From Escherichia coli (lineage in GTDB: Bacteria; Pseudomonadota; Gammaproteobacteria; Enterobacterales; Enterobacteriaceae): 64,000 bases of DNA. The notes beneath the pieces are model-generated. The model was not told the origin of the DNA and ran no database searches. It was given only the letters and a program-made list of their open reading frames with translations. The DNA lies in NCBI RefSeq assembly GCF_003991155.1, contig NZ_CP031293.1; one strand, written 5' to 3'. The stretch's first letter is position 1. Each line of letters starts with the position of its first letter. Both the position numbers and the translations under genes were made by a program. This document shows positions 1-17,523 of this stretch, piece by piece.

Positions 1-4273
<4,273 letters not shown>

Positions 4274-4301
4274 TACAAATGTGATCACGGCTGCATTCTC
4301 T

Positions 4302-4705
<404 letters not shown>

Positions 4706-4706
4706 A

Positions 4707-6261
<1,555 letters not shown>

Positions 6262-6467
6262 TTAACATCTGTTGTTGTTTTGCACGGTTTTTGTCGGGTA
6301 TGGATTTGGCGATTGCTGCGCAAATGCACACTTTCAGGGCAACAACTGCCTGATTTTTGGGCAAGATAATTAACGTTTTCGTATAGTAACAGAGTGAAAG
6401 TATTTTAAATCAAGGGATTAGATTTATGCTTTAATCGCAAATTGCGATCTAAATCAAATTAATCAGT

Positions 6468-6496
6468 TAAAGATAACCGCAGCGGGGCCGACATAA
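6468..6496 (+). promoter_or_regulatory. Candidate sigma-28 (FliA) class 3 promoter for aer (taaagata-N11-gccgacataa)
   Basis: Match to TAAAGTTT-N11-GCCGATAA consensus about 50 bp upstream of aer start; aer is a known flagellar-regulon gene. Confidence 0.5.
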
Positions 6497-6543
6497 ACTC
6501 TGACAAGAAGTTAACAACCATATAACCTGCACAGGACGCGAAC

Positions 6544-8064
6544 ATGTCTTCTCATCCGTATGTCACCCAGCAAAATACCCCGCTGGCGGACGATACCACT
6601 CTGATGTCCACTACCGATCTGCAAAGCTATATCACTCATGCTAATGACACTTTTGTGCAGGTGAGCGGCTATACCTTGCAAGAGTTACAGGGGCAGCCGC
6701 ACAACATGGTGCGTCACCCGGATATGCCAAAAGCGGCGTTTGCGGATATGTGGTTCACCCTGAAAAAAGGGGAGCCCTGGAGCGGCATCGTGAAAAATCG
6801 CCGCAAAAATGGCGACCATTATTGGGTGCGGGCCAATGCGGTACCGATGGTGCGCGAGGGAAAAATCAGTGGCTATATGTCGATTCGTACCCGGGCGACG
6901 GATGAAGAGATCGCGGCGGTGGAGCCGCTGTACAAAGCGTTGAACGCCGGACGGACCAGTAAGCGTATTCATAAAGGCCTGGTGGTGCGTAAAGGCTGGC
7001 TGGGAAAACTGCCTTCATTACCGCTTCGCTGGCGGGCGCGTGGCGTGATGACCCTGATGTTTATCTTGCTGGCGGTCATGCTTTGGTTTGTTGCTGCCCC
7101 GGTGGTGACGTATATCCTCTGTGCGTTAGTGGTATTGTTGGCAAGCGCCTGTTTTGAATGGCAGATTGTCCGCCCGATAGAAAATGTCGCCCGTCAGGCA
7201 CTGAAGGTGGCGACCGGAGAGCGTAATAGTGTTGAGCATCTGAATCGCAGCGATGAGCTGGGGCTGACATTACGCGCGGTAGGGCAGCTTGGCCTGATGT
7301 GCCGTTGGCTAATTAACGATGTCTCAAGCCAGGTGTCCAGTGTCAGAAATGGCAGTGAGACGCTGGCGAAAGGCACCGATGAACTGAACGAACATACCCA
7401 GCAGACAGTTGATAACGTTCAGCAAACGGTGGCGACCATGAACCAAATGGCGGCGTCGGTGAAACAGAACTCTGCCACGGCGTCGGCTGCCGATAAACTT
7501 TCTATCACCGCCAGTAATGCGGCAGTGCAGGGCGGGGAGGCGATGACTACGGTGATCAAGACAATGGACGATATCGCCGACAGTACCCAGCGCATTGGCA
7601 CCATTACTTCGCTGATTAACGATATTGCGTTTCAGACCAATATCCTGGCCCTGAATGCGGCGGTGGAAGCGGCGCGAGCCGGCGAACAAGGCAAAGGTTT
7701 TGCAGTGGTGGCAGGGGAAGTGCGTCATTTAGCCAGCCGCAGCGCCAATGCCGCCAACGATATTCGCAAGCTGATTGATGCCAGTGCTGATAAAGTGCAA
7801 TCTGGTTCGCAGCAGGTACACGCCGCCGGACGGACGATGGAAGATATTGTGGCACAGGTAAAAAACGTCACCCAGTTGATAGCTCAGATTAGCCATTCAA
7901 CGCTGGAACAGGCCGATGGGCTTTCCAGCCTGACCCGTGCAGTGGATGAGCTTAATCTCATCACCCAGAAAAACGCCGAGTTAGTGGAAGAGAGTGCGCA
8001 GGTGTCGGCGATGGTGAAACACCGCGCCAGCCGACTGGAAGACGCGGTGACGGTGCTGCATTAA
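6544..8064 (+). CDS. aer: Aerotaxis receptor Aer (PAS-FAD sensor plus methyl-accepting signalling domain)
   Basis: 506 aa; N-terminal PAS, two TM helices, HAMP and MCP signalling domain. Confidence 0.9.
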   Translation: MSSHPYVTQQNTPLADDTTLMSTTDLQSYITHANDTFVQVSGYTLQELQGQPHNMVRHPDMPKAAFADMWFTLKKGEPWSGIVKNRRKNGDHYWVRANAVPMVREGKISGYMSIRTRATDEEIAAVEPLYKALNAGRTSKRIHKGLVVRKGWLGKLPSLPLRWRARGVMTLMFILLAVMLWFVAAPVVTYILCALVVLLASACFEWQIVRPIENVARQALKVATGERNSVEHLNRSDELGLTLRAVGQLGLMCRWLINDVSSQVSSVRNGSETLAKGTDELNEHTQQTVDNVQQTVATMNQMAASVKQNSATASAADKLSITASNAAVQGGEAMTTVIKTMDDIADSTQRIGTITSLINDIAFQTNILALNAAVEAARAGEQGKGFAVVAGEVRHLASRSANAANDIRKLIDASADKVQSGSQQVHAAGRTMEDIVAQVKNVTQLIAQISHSTLEQADGLSSLTRAVDELNLITQKNAELVEESAQVSAMVKHRASRLEDAVTVLH

Positions 8065-8067
8065 TCG

Positions 8068-8165
8068 GTATGCCGGATCCGGCAGTTGGCGCACAATGCC
8101 TGATGCGATGCTGGCGCAGCTTATCAGGCCTACGGGGGGGTAGGGCACGCCACATCCGGCAATCG
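8068..8165. repeat. REP (repetitive extragenic palindromic) elements
   Basis: gccggatccggc... / gcctgatgcgatgctggcgcagcttatcaggcctac REP-type palindromes. Confidence 0.6.
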
Positions 8166-8169
8166 GTGA

Positions 8170-8793
8170 TTAATCCAGTTGCGTAATATCAAAAGCGGCG
8201 CGGTCGATCACCGCAATGATCTTTTTTACTTGTGCATCAGTGATATCGCTCTGGTTGACGCGTAAATCCAGCACCGCTTTAAAATTATCCAGCGCCCGCT
8301 TCATTTGCGGGTTCTGGCGCAGCGCAGCGCCAACGCAACGCGCTTTGATGCGTTCTTCAATCATCTCTACCTGTTCGCGGTTTTCTTCCAGCCACTGCGC
8401 GCCTTGTTCGGTCAGTGCAATCTGCTTCTTACCACCTTCCTCTTCGCGGATGGTAATCAGCGACTGCTCCTGCAGAAAATCCAGCGTTGGGTAGATGACG
8501 CCCGGGCTTGGGGTGTAATTCCCCTGGGTTAGATTCTCAATCGCTTTAATCAACTCGTAACCGTGGCTGTCATCGCGCGAGAGAATATCCAGAATCACCA
8601 GACGTAATTCACCGTGACCAAAGAAACGTTGCCGACGACCGCCGCCGCGACCGTGGCGACCACCGCAGCATTGACCGTGTTCATGCTGGTGACCGTGTCC
8701 GCAGTGCTCGTGTTCTGACTTCTCACCTTTGCAGCAGCCCTCATGGCGTGGCTGGCCTTCATGTTTACAACACCCTTCGTGATGATGGCTCAT
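8170..8793 (-). CDS. yqjI: PadR-family transcriptional repressor YqjI with His/Cys-rich N-terminal metal-binding region
   Basis: 207 aa, MSHHHEGCCKHEGQPRHEGCCKGEKSEHEHCGHGHQHEHGQCCGG... followed by PadR-like winged helix. Confidence 0.85.
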   Translation of the reverse strand: MSHHHEGCCKHEGQPRHEGCCKGEKSEHEHCGHGHQHEHGQCCGGRHGRGGGRRQRFFGHGELRLVILDILSRDDSHGYELIKAIENLTQGNYTPSPGVIYPTLDFLQEQSLITIREEEGGKKQIALTEQGAQWLEENREQVEMIEERIKARCVGAALRQNPQMKRALDNFKAVLDLRVNQSDITDAQVKKIIAVIDRAAFDITQLD

Positions 8794-8813
8794 ATCAGCC
8801 TCCTTTTGCTTAA

Positions 8814-8827
8814 TTAGATATATCTAA
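8814..8827. promoter_or_regulatory. Palindromic operator ttagatatatctaa in yqjI promoter (candidate YqjI autoregulatory site)
   Basis: Perfect 14-bp palindrome; near-identical second copy at 9044-9057. Confidence 0.55.
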
Positions 8828-8893
8828 TTTATATCTGATATGAGCACTCTTGCAAGAATAAAAATGATTTTTAAATGTGGACTCATCTCACAC

Positions 8894-8975
8894 GTAGGCC
8901 GGATAAGGCGTTCACGCCGCATCCGACATTGAGCAATAATGCTTGATAAGAGGTTGCGCGTCTTATCAGACTACA
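8894..8975. repeat. REP elements in yqjI-yqjH intergenic region
   Basis: gccggataaggcgttcacgccgcatccg... REP-type palindromes. Confidence 0.55.
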
Positions 8976-9004
8976 GATATATCAGTTCTACAAATCGCTT
9001 GCAT

Positions 9005-9031
9005 TTATCATGATTAACAATCATTATCATT
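9005..9031. promoter_or_regulatory. Fur-box-like sequence upstream of yqjH
   Basis: ttatcatgattaacaatcattatcatt resembles the gataatgataatcattatc Fur consensus. Confidence 0.5.
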
Positions 9032-9043
9032 TACGAAAATTAT

Positions 9044-9057
9044 TTAGATATATCTGA
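9044..9057. promoter_or_regulatory. Second operator palindrome ttagatatatctga just upstream of yqjH
   Basis: 13/14 match to the palindrome at 8814-8827. Confidence 0.55.
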
Positions 9058-9080
9058 TTACCATCACGAAGGCGATAACA

Positions 9081-9845
9081 ATGAATAACTCCCCCCGCTA
9101 CCCGCAGCGCGTTCGCAATGATCTGCGCTTCCGTGAACTGACTGTGTTACGCGTTGAGCGCATCAGCGCCGGTTTTCAGCGCATTGTCCTCGGCGGCGAG
9201 GCGCTGGACGGTTTTACGTCGCGCGGCTTTGACGATCACAGCAAACTCTTCTTTCCTCAACCTGACGCTCACTTTGTGCCGCCAACGGTAACGGAAGAGG
9301 GCATCGTCTGGCCGGAAGGACCACGCCCACCGTCGCGTGACTATACGCCGCTGTATGACGAACTACGCCATGAACTGGCGATCGATTTCTTTATTCACGA
9401 CGGTGGGGTCGCCAGCGGCTGGGCGATGCAGGCGAAACCGGGCGATAAACTTACGGTGGCAGGTCCGCGCGGTTCGCTGGTGGTGCCGGAAGATTACGCG
9501 TATCAGCTGTATGTCTGCGATGAATCCGGAATGCCGGCACTGCGCCGCCGCCTGGAAACGTTGAGCAAACTTGCCGTTAAACCGCAAGTTAGTGCGCTGG
9601 TTAGCGTGCGGGATAACGCCTGTCAGGATTATCTCGCGCACCTTGATGGTTTTAATATCGAATGGCTGGCACATGATGAGCAGGCGGTAGATGCGCGTCT
9701 GGCGCAGATGCAAATCCCTGCCGATGATTACTTCATCTGGATAACCGGCGAAGGCAAAGTCGTTAAGAATTTAAGCCGCCGCTTTGAAGCGGAACAGTAT
9801 GACCCACAGCGGGTACGTGCAGCGGCTTACTGGCACGCAAAGTAA
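9081..9845 (+). CDS. yqjH: NADPH-dependent ferric-siderophore reductase (siderophore-interacting protein family)
   Basis: 254 aa, FAD-binding ferredoxin-reductase-type fold; synteny. Confidence 0.85.
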   Translation: MNNSPRYPQRVRNDLRFRELTVLRVERISAGFQRIVLGGEALDGFTSRGFDDHSKLFFPQPDAHFVPPTVTEEGIVWPEGPRPPSRDYTPLYDELRHELAIDFFIHDGGVASGWAMQAKPGDKLTVAGPRGSLVVPEDYAYQLYVCDESGMPALRRRLETLSKLAVKPQVSALVSVRDNACQDYLAHLDGFNIEWLAHDEQAVDARLAQMQIPADDYFIWITGEGKVVKNLSRRFEAEQYDPQRVRAAAYWHAK

Positions 9846-9860
9846 CTGATATATAAAAAG

Positions 9861-9890
9861 AAAAAGGCTGACGATTTCTCGTCAGCCTTT
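9861..9890. terminator. Bidirectional rho-independent terminator between yqjH and ileX
   Basis: aaaaaggctgacg-atttctc-gtcagccttt hairpin flanked by A/T runs. Confidence 0.7.
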
Positions 9891-9898
9891 GCTATGTC

Positions 9899-9974
9899 TG
9901 GTGGCCCCTGCTGGACTTGAACCAGCGACCAAGCGATTATGAGTCGCCTGCTCTAACCACTGAGCTAAGGGGCC
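9899..9974 (-). tRNA. ileX: tRNA with CAU anticodon, consistent with tRNA-Ile2 (lysidine-modified)
   Basis: Reverse complement reads GGCCCCTTAGCTCAGTGGTTAGAGCAGGCGACTCATAATCGCTTGGTCGCTGGTTCAAGTCCAGCAGGGGCCACCA: cloverleaf, CAU anticodon, encoded CCA. Confidence 0.85.
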
Positions 9975-10098
9975 ATGGTAGAGGATTATAAAGTAACTCC
10001 GTGTCGCAATCCAGCCATTACCGCGCGCCTGCTGTTTTTATAAACAATGTATTTTCAATCCGTTATACTTTTCCTGGTGATGTTAGAAAGGAGTAAAT

Positions 10099-10605
10099 AT
10101 GGTTGAGGATATTTTGGCTCCAGGGTTACGGGTCGTGTTTTGCGGTATCAACCCTGGGCTTTCATCCGCCGGAACGGGTTTTCCCTTTGCTCATCCGGCA
10201 AATCGCTTCTGGAAGGTGATATATCAGGCCGGGTTTACCGACCGTCAGTTGAAGCCGCAGGAGGCACAGCATCTGCTGGATTATCGTTGTGGCGTCACCA
10301 AACTGGTAGACCGTCCAACGGTGCAAGCCAATGAAGTGTCAAAGCAGGAGCTGCACGCAGGCGGGCGTAAGCTAATTGAAAAAATAGAAGATTATCAGCC
10401 GCAGGCGTTGGCGATTCTGGGCAAACAAGCATATGAACAGGGATTCAGCCAGCGCGGTGCACAGTGGGGGAAACAAACGCTCACCATTGGTTCGACGCAG
10501 ATTTGGGTGCTGCCAAATCCCAGTGGTTTAAGTCGCGTTTCACTGGAGAAACTGGTTGAAGCGTATCGCGAGCTGGACCAGGCGCTGGTAGTGCGTGGGC
10601 GATAA
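10099..10605 (+). CDS. mug: G/U mismatch-specific DNA glycosylase
   Basis: 168 aa, ...[27 protein letters not shown]... UDG family 2 motif. Confidence 0.9.
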
Positions 10606-10612
10606 AAAACGC

Positions 10613-10625
10613 CACCGAAAAGGTG
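10613..10625. repeat. Left 13-bp target-site duplication (caccgaaaaggtg) of IS4 copy 2
   Basis: Identical 13-mer at 10613-10625 and 12052-12064. Confidence 0.85.
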
Positions 10626-12051
10626 TAATGCCAGTCAGTTAAGCAACTGACTGGCTCTTTTTCGGGGCTGTGGGGTATTTCCAGGGCCTCTCCTTTACCA
10701 CTCTCGGGAAGGCCCTTTCCCTTCTTGTCGGTAATTTCACAAGTTGTCCCATACTTGCAAGATCGCGCATCAGCTCCGGTATACGTCCCGGTGAAGCGCC
10801 CTGCAATGTCATCAGCATTCTCATCACCATTCCGCATGATTCTGAGAAACTCAGTTGATTCGGCCAGTAACCTTTCAGATGTTCCGCCATTTTAATCATC
10901 TGATATCTCACCAGATTATAAGCCAGTAAGACACCCCACAGCTCTTGCTCCACAAGCTCCGGTTTTTTACTTCTCAGCGTCAGCCTGCTCAGTTGCATCG
11001 TCTGTTTTATCTCCCTGTATCCCAGTTCGATTTCCCAGCGATGACTGTACAGATCCGCCATTTCTCCTCCGGGGAAGCGCATGGCGTCCGTCATCGACGT
11101 CAGCAGATGGCAGACTTTTCCTTTGCGCGTCACGGTCAGCAGGCGGGCTGTCACTTCATTTCCCAGTCCCGGCCACTTTTTTCGTGCCTGCGGGCTGGTT
11201 TTCAGCTTCACCAGATGATCGCCTTTACCCAGTTTTCTGATCTCTTCATATTGCGCTCCCTTTCTGAGAGGTATCATCCAGTGGCGGTGTTCTCCCGCCA
11301 GGCTCCAGGCATTTAACAGTCCCAGTGAGTAATAACCTTTATCCATTAACGTCAGAGTGTTATCGCCGGTTTGTTCTATAAGTTGCTCAGCAAGCTCATT
11401 TTCGCTGTTCTTCATCGTGCCGAAGGCTGCAGCCGTCAGCAGATGGCTGGTCAGTTCCATCTGGCAGACCATTTTGACCTGCGGGTAGAGCGCCGGGTTC
11501 CCGGCATGTGTCTGGCGGGGGAAGGCTGCATCGTTCTCTGGTGTATCCGGTGTGCGCCAGAACACACCATCGATGGCCAGCAAGGTCAGGCCGCACCAGT
11601 GCGGATGCGGCGTGGCGTTATGCCAGAGCTGCGCTGTTTTCGTGAACACGCGGCGGACAGCCTCACTTCCCAGGCGCTGGCGGGCCTGAATAACGGCACT
11701 GGGGGCAACGAAGGGGCGATTGCCCGGCAGCATGATGTCCAGGCGATTCACAATCTGGTGAAGAGGTTCTTTACGCTCAAGCGCCATGCCAACAATACAC
11801 CAGACCATCATTTCGAGGGGAAGACGGCGCTTGCGTAGCGTTACAGTACCTGATTCGGCAAGGCAACGAGAGATGAGTTCGGGGTCGAGGTAATCCCCCA
11901 GAGAAGTCAGTGGGTTACGCAGAGAATCGTAACGGGATACCAGATCAAGAGCCTGTCCAATGTGCATAAAAAAATCCGGAAACAAGTGAGCGTTTCCGGA
12001 TTCTTACACAGCCACTGGATCGGTCAACTGATCCTTAACTGATCGGCATTA
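10626..12051 (-). mobile_element. IS4 insertion sequence, copy 2 (1426 bp), same orientation as copy 1
   Basis: Identical to copy 1 except one nucleotide (copy 1 pos 2412 g vs copy 2 pos 11339 t); own 13-bp target-site duplication. Confidence 0.93.
10639..11967 (-). CDS. insG: IS4 transposase (442 aa)
   Basis: Same protein as copy 1 with Lys at ...TLTLMD[K]GYY... Confidence 0.9.
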   Translation of the reverse strand: MHIGQALDLVSRYDSLRNPLTSLGDYLDPELISRCLAESGTVTLRKRRLPLEMMVWCIVGMALERKEPLHQIVNRLDIMLPGNRPFVAPSAVIQARQRLGSEAVRRVFTKTAQLWHNATPHPHWCGLTLLAIDGVFWRTPDTPENDAAFPRQTHAGNPALYPQVKMVCQMELTSHLLTAAAFGTMKNSENELAEQLIEQTGDNTLTLMDKGYYSLGLLNAWSLAGEHRHWMIPLRKGAQYEEIRKLGKGDHLVKLKTSPQARKKWPGLGNEVTARLLTVTRKGKVCHLLTSMTDAMRFPGGEMADLYSHRWEIELGYREIKQTMQLSRLTLRSKKPELVEQELWGVLLAYNLVRYQMIKMAEHLKGYWPNQLSFSESCGMVMRMLMTLQGASPGRIPELMRDLASMGQLVKLPTRRERAFPRVVKERPWKYPTAPKKSQSVA

Positions 12052-12064
12052 CACCGAAAAGGTG
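12052..12064. repeat. Right 13-bp target-site duplication of IS4 copy 2
   Basis: caccgaaaaggtg. Confidence 0.85.
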
Positions 12065-12120
12065 GCGTTTGTGCAGAGGGACTAGTGCCGGGTGCGGCGT
12101 AACGCCTGATCCGGCCTACC
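12065..12120. repeat. REP-like palindrome immediately downstream of rpoD stop
   Basis: tgccgggtgcggcgtaacgcctgatccggcctac. Confidence 0.5.
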
Positions 12121-12122
12121 GA

Positions 12123-13964
12123 TTAATCGTCCAGGAAGCTACGCAGCACTTCAGAACGGCTCGGGTGACGCAGTTTGCGCAGCGCCTTCGCTTCGATCTG
12201 ACGGATACGTTCGCGGGTAACGTCGAACTGTTTACCCACTTCTTCCAGCGTGTGGTCGGTGTTCATATCGATACCGAAACGCATACGAAGAACTTTTGCT
12301 TCACGCGCGGTCAGGCCAGCCAGCACGTCGTGCGTTGCCGCACGCAGGCTTTCGGTGGTCGCAGAATCCAGCGGCAGCTCGAGGGTGGTATCCTCGATGA
12401 AATCCCCCAGATGCGAATCTTCATCATCACCGATCGGCGTTTCCATGGAGATTGGCTCTTTGGCGATCTTCAGCACTTTGCGGATCTTGTCTTCCGGCAT
12501 CAGCATACGTTCAGCCAGTTCTTCCGGCGTCGGTTCACGGCCCATCTCTTGCAGCATCTGGCGAGAAATACGGTTGAGTTTGTTGATAGTCTCAATCATA
12601 TGCACCGGAATACGGATGGTGCGCGCCTGATCCGCGATAGAACGGGTGATCGCCTGACGGATCCACCAGGTTGCGTAGGTGGAGAACTTGTAACCACGGC
12701 GGTATTCGAATTTATCAACCGCTTTCATCAGGCCGATGTTACCTTCCTGAATCAGGTCAAGGAACTGCAAGCCACGGTTGGTGTATTTCTTGGCGATAGA
12801 AATAACCAGACGTAAGTTCGCTTCAACCATCTCTTTCTTCGCACGGCGGGCTTTCGCTTCACCGATGGACATACGACGGTTGATATCTTTAACCTGCTCG
12901 ATGGTCAGGCCGGTTTCTTCTTCAATCTGCTGCAGTTTCTGCAGGGCGCGATGCACTTCTTCAGAGACATCGTGCAGTTTTTCCGACCACGGCTTGTTCA
13001 TCGCAATTGCCGCGTTGAACCAGGTATCGCTGGTTTCGTTGCCGGTAAACAGGGTAATGAAGTTTTTCTTCGGCATTTTGCACTGCTCAACGCAGAGCTT
13101 CATGATCAGACGTTCTTGCGTACGAACGCGGTCCATCATGACGCGCATGCTGTTGACCAGGTAGTCAAACTGCTTTGGCACCAGGCGGAACTGTTTGAAT
13201 ACTTCAGACAGTTTCAGGATCTCTTCCTGAGCGGCAGCGTGACTGCGACCTTTCGCTTTGATGGTGTCACGCGTTACAACGTACTGAGCGCGCAGTTCCG
13301 CAAATTTTTCGCGAGCCAGTTCCGGGTCGATGCTGTTGTCATCATCGGCGCTGTCGTCATCGCCATCTTCTTCGTCTTCATCTTCGTCATCGTCCAGATC
13401 TTCCTGGGAAAGCTCAGAACCGACGTGAGTGGCGGTAGGTGCCAGATCTTCTTCTGCGTTCGGGTCAACAAAGCCGGTGATCAGATCGGACAGACGCGCT
13501 TCTTCTGCTTCAACACGATCGTACTGTTCCAGCAGATAGGTGATCGCTTCCGGATATTCAGCAACGGAGCATTGAACCTGGTTGATCCCGTCTTCAATAC
13601 GCTTAGCGATGTCAATTTCGCCTTCGCGGGTCAACAGTTCAACGGTGCCCATTTCACGCATGTACATGCGTACCGGGTCAGTCGTGCGCCCGATTTCAGA
13701 TTCCACGCTGGAAAGCACCTGCGCGGCGGCTTCGGCAGCATCTTCGTCCGCGGTGTTTTCAGCCAGCATCAGATCATCGGCATCCGGTGCTTCTTCCATC
13801 ACCTGAATGCCCATGTCGTTGATCATTTGGATGATGTCTTCGATCTGATCTGAATCGACGATATCTTCCGGCAGATGGTCATTGACCTCGGCATAGGTCA
13901 GATAGCCTTGCTCCTTACCACGGGTGACAAGAAGTTTCAGCTGTGACTGCGGGTTTTGCTCCAT
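12123..13964 (-). CDS. rpoD: RNA polymerase sigma-70
   Basis: 613 aa, [36 protein letters not shown]..., acidic region 1.1 and 2.4/4.2 regions. Confidence 0.97.
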   Translation of the reverse strand: MEQNPQSQLKLLVTRGKEQGYLTYAEVNDHLPEDIVDSDQIEDIIQMINDMGIQVMEEAPDADDLMLAENTADEDAAEAAAQVLSSVESEIGRTTDPVRMYMREMGTVELLTREGEIDIAKRIEDGINQVQCSVAEYPEAITYLLEQYDRVEAEEARLSDLITGFVDPNAEEDLAPTATHVGSELSQEDLDDDEDEDEEDGDDDSADDDNSIDPELAREKFAELRAQYVVTRDTIKAKGRSHAAAQEEILKLSEVFKQFRLVPKQFDYLVNSMRVMMDRVRTQERLIMKLCVEQCKMPKKNFITLFTGNETSDTWFNAAIAMNKPWSEKLHDVSEEVHRALQKLQQIEEETGLTIEQVKDINRRMSIGEAKARRAKKEMVEANLRLVISIAKKYTNRGLQFLDLIQEGNIGLMKAVDKFEYRRGYKFSTYATWWIRQAITRSIADQARTIRIPVHMIETINKLNRISRQMLQEMGREPTPEELAERMLMPEDKIRKVLKIAKEPISMETPIGDDEDSHLGDFIEDTTLELPLDSATTESLRAATHDVLAGLTAREAKVLRMRFGIDMNTDHTLEEVGKQFDVTRERIRQIEAKALRKLRHPSRSEVLRSFLDD

Positions 13965-14158
13965 AAGACGGTATCCACACTTATTTCATGAGGTTGGTGT
14001 TGGGCGATTGACCCGATGTCCTTCAGCCGTTAACGCTGAAATCCAACGGTTGTTTACCGCCAACGATAATTACGAGGGCGTACTTATATATTTGCCGCTG
14101 CCTCTCAGTGCGGCTGTCGGGGGCTTCCCGATCGCTCTTCGGCACTTAAGCCGTTAAA

Positions 14159-15904
14159 TCACTTTTTCGCCAGCTCCTGGTTTAATGTCCAGAGCTCCAG
14201 GCGTTCTTCGTTGCTTAAACCATGCGTGCGCTCACGAGCGATTAACTCTTCCTGGCGCAGTTCAAGCAGCGAATCAAACATATGGTTGAGTGAGTCGGTG
14301 AAGGTTTGCTCAGCAATATTCTTATCTGCTATATCGTCCCACATCGACAGTTTTTCAAGGGTGGCAGCATTATTTGTACCACGATAGTGCTCTAAAAGTT
14401 GCCCGGTGGTCAGACCTGGCTGGGAGAGACAAGTGTTGACCAGTTCTCTGAATAAGCCAAGTCCAGGGAGCTTATTTTCATCCAGATTCTCAAGCGGCGG
14501 GACCAACGTCGCTAATTCTGGATTTTGCACCAGCAACCCTATAAGTATACGCATGGTCGTGCGTTTTAGCTGCGGAACAGGGCGAGAAACGCCGCTCTCT
14601 GCCGCTTTTGGCATTAATCGTTCAAGCTGGCTGTCATCAAGTATGCCTAATTTGTTGCCTAATTCCTGACGAAGATATATTCGCAGCGTTTCGCCCGGCA
14701 CTTGCGATATCAATGGCAGTGCCAGCGTACTCAAACGTGCGCGCCCGTCAGGGGTACTCAGATCAACTTGCGGCATCAGACTGTTAAACAGAAATGCGGA
14801 GAGTGGCATCGCCTGCTCCATCCGCGCTTCAAACGCTTCTTTACCTTCTTTTCGTACCAGCGTGTCAGGGTCTTCGCCATCAGGCAAAAACATAAAGCGT
14901 AGCTGACGACCGTCTGTCATGTAAGGCAGCGCCGTTTCCAGCGCTCGCCAGGCGGCATCGCGGCCTGCACGGTCGCCGTCATAACAGCAAATGACATTGT
15001 TGGTCGCGCGGAACAACAGTTGTATGTGATCGGCAGTGGTTGACGTACCTAACGACGCAACGGCGTAATTAATGCCGTATTGCGCCAGCGCCACCACGTC
15101 CATATAGCCTTCGACCACAAGCAGACGATTGGGTTCAGCGTTATCCTGCTGCGCTTCATAAAGACCGTAAAGCTGGCGGCCTTTATGGAAAATGTCCGTT
15201 TCCGGCGAGTTCAGGTATTTGGGGGTATCGTTGCCCAGCACGCGTCCGCCAAAACCAATCACCCGACCGCGTTTATCACGAATGGGGAACATCACCCGCT
15301 CGCGGAAACGGTCGTAACTGCGCCCCTGATCGTTAGTGACCAACATGCCCGCATCAATCAATGACTGGCGATTTTCTGGATTGCCACCAAACCGCTTCAG
15401 GACGTTGTCCCAGCCAGGGGGGGCAAAACCAATCGCAAAGCGGGCGATAACCTCGTGGCTTAATCCGCGTTTTTCCAGATACTGGCGCGCAGACGTGGCA
15501 ACAGGTTGCTGTAAAGATTGTTGGTAAAACGTATTCAGACCGTCCATCAACTGATAAAGCGTTTGTCGTTGATGGCGCTCGATCTGGCTGGGGCCGCTAC
15601 CTGCTTCAAATGGCACTTCAAGATTGTGCATTGCTGCCAGCTCTTCGACCGTTTCGACGAACTCAAGCTTGTCGTAGTTCATCAGGAAGTCGATCGCGTT
15701 GCCGTGCGCGCCACATCCAAAGCAGTGGTAAAACTGTTTCTCACCGTTAACGGTGAATGATGGGGTTTTCTCGTTGTGGAATGGACAACACGCGTGGAAA
15801 TTCTTGCCCTGCTTTTTCAGCTTCACACGGGCATCGATCAGATCGACGATGTCAGTGCGTGCCAGCAGATCATTAATGAATACGCGTGGGATTCGTCCAG
15901 CCAT
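14159..15904 (-). CDS. dnaG: DNA primase
   Basis: 581 aa, zinc-ribbon CCPFHNEKTPSF...HCFGCG and TOPRIM domain. Confidence 0.97.
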   Translation of the reverse strand: MAGRIPRVFINDLLARTDIVDLIDARVKLKKQGKNFHACCPFHNEKTPSFTVNGEKQFYHCFGCGAHGNAIDFLMNYDKLEFVETVEELAAMHNLEVPFEAGSGPSQIERHQRQTLYQLMDGLNTFYQQSLQQPVATSARQYLEKRGLSHEVIARFAIGFAPPGWDNVLKRFGGNPENRQSLIDAGMLVTNDQGRSYDRFRERVMFPIRDKRGRVIGFGGRVLGNDTPKYLNSPETDIFHKGRQLYGLYEAQQDNAEPNRLLVVEGYMDVVALAQYGINYAVASLGTSTTADHIQLLFRATNNVICCYDGDRAGRDAAWRALETALPYMTDGRQLRFMFLPDGEDPDTLVRKEGKEAFEARMEQAMPLSAFLFNSLMPQVDLSTPDGRARLSTLALPLISQVPGETLRIYLRQELGNKLGILDDSQLERLMPKAAESGVSRPVPQLKRTTMRILIGLLVQNPELATLVPPLENLDENKLPGLGLFRELVNTCLSQPGLTTGQLLEHYRGTNNAATLEKLSMWDDIADKNIAEQTFTDSLNHMFDSLLELRQEELIARERTHGLSNEERLELWTLNQELAKK

Positions 15905-16014
15905 AGGCCCCGATTTTTAGCAATTCATAAACGAAAATAAGCCGCGCATTCCTTTCGGAAGCACGGCCTTACAACTACAACTCGGTCTGATCGGAGAGCA
16001 ACGCTCTCGGGGAA

Positions 16015-16269
<255 letters not shown>

Positions 16270-16467
16270 TCAACGCCAGCTTATTTCAAAATGGTGCGGA
16301 ATTTTACTGCAATTGCTGCTGCTTTGTAAAGCACCGCGGCCTTTTTTGAAAGGGACTTTTATAAGGGTGAGGAGTATACACGAGGCTTTCTCCAGGGGCG
16401 AACAAAGTTTTACATCAACCCGCATTGGTCCTACACTGCGCGGTAATAAAGCGAGGTAAAACAAGTC

Positions 16468-17481
16468 ATGCGTGTACTGGGTATTGAAACTTCCTGCGAT
16501 GAAACCGGCATCGCCATTTACGACGATGAAAAAGGTTTGTTAGCCAACCAATTGTATAGTCAGGTGAAATTGCACGCTGACTACGGCGGCGTCGTGCCTG
16601 AACTGGCCTCCCGCGATCACGTGCGTAAAACCGTACCGTTGATCCAGGCGGCGCTGAAAGAGTCCGGTTTAACGGCAAAAGACATTGACGCCGTGGCCTA
16701 TACTGCAGGCCCTGGATTAGTCGGTGCGCTGTTGGTTGGCGCAACGGTCGGGCGTTCGCTGGCATTTGCCTGGGGCGTTCCGGCGATCCCGGTACACCAT
16801 ATGGAAGGGCATCTGTTAGCGCCGATGCTGGAAGATAACCCACCGGAATTTCCGTTTGTCGCGCTGCTGGTTTCCGGCGGTCATACGCAGTTAATCAGCG
16901 TGACTGGCATTGGTCAGTACGAGCTGCTCGGTGAGTCTATTGATGATGCCGCCGGTGAAGCGTTTGATAAAACCGCGAAGCTGCTGGGGCTGGATTATCC
17001 TGGCGGGCCATTACTGTCGAAAATGGCGGCTCAGGGTACTGCCGGGCGCTTTGTCTTCCCGCGCCCGATGACCGACCGTCCGGGGCTGGATTTCAGCTTT
17101 TCTGGTCTGAAAACCTTCGCGGCAAATACCATTCGTGATAACGGCACCGACGACCAGACGCGTGCTGATATCGCCCGCGCCTTTGAAGATGCGGTGGTCG
17201 ATACGTTGATGATTAAGTGTAAGCGAGCGCTGGATCAGACAGGCTTTAAGCGACTGGTAATGGCAGGCGGCGTGAGTGCTAACCGCACGTTACGGGCGAA
17301 GCTGGCTGAAATGATGAAAAAACGCCGTGGCGAAGTGTTCTACGCGCGTCCGGAATTTTGTACTGATAACGGCGCGATGATCGCCTATGCCGGAATGGTG
17401 CGGTTTAAAGCAGGCGCGACGGCGGATCTCGGCGTTAGCGTGCGTCCGCGCTGGCCGCTGGCAGAGTTACCGGCCGCGTAA
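16468..17481 (+). CDS. tsaD: tRNA N6-adenosine threonylcarbamoyltransferase (Kae1/YgjD family)
   Basis: 337 aa, [20 protein letters not shown]... Confidence 0.95.
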   Translation: MRVLGIETSCDETGIAIYDDEKGLLANQLYSQVKLHADYGGVVPELASRDHVRKTVPLIQAALKESGLTAKDIDAVAYTAGPGLVGALLVGATVGRSLAFAWGVPAIPVHHMEGHLLAPMLEDNPPEFPFVALLVSGGHTQLISVTGIGQYELLGESIDDAAGEAFDKTAKLLGLDYPGGPLLSKMAAQGTAGRFVFPRPMTDRPGLDFSFSGLKTFAANTIRDNGTDDQTRADIARAFEDAVVDTLMIKCKRALDQTGFKRLVMAGGVSANRTLRAKLAEMMKKRRGEVFYARPEFCTDNGAMIAYAGMVRFKAGATADLGVSVRPRWPLAELPAA

Positions 17482-17484
17482 AAC

Positions 17485-17523
17485 TATTAGGTGCCGGAGA
17501 GTCACTTCCGGCACCGTCCTCAC
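17485..17523. terminator. Bidirectional terminator between convergent tsaD and ttdT
   Basis: gtgccggag-agtcac-ttccggcac hairpin. Confidence 0.6.

Noticed and set aside
9899-9974. tRNA gene as an integration site for a genomic island or prophage
   Set aside because: No integrase, no direct repeat of the tRNA 3' end, and the neighbours yqjH and mug are core genes in conserved order
12069-13853. Plus-strand ORFs of 248 and 300 aa opposite rpoD
   Set aside because: Antisense to sigma-70, which is unambiguous; no ribosome-binding site; low-complexity translations
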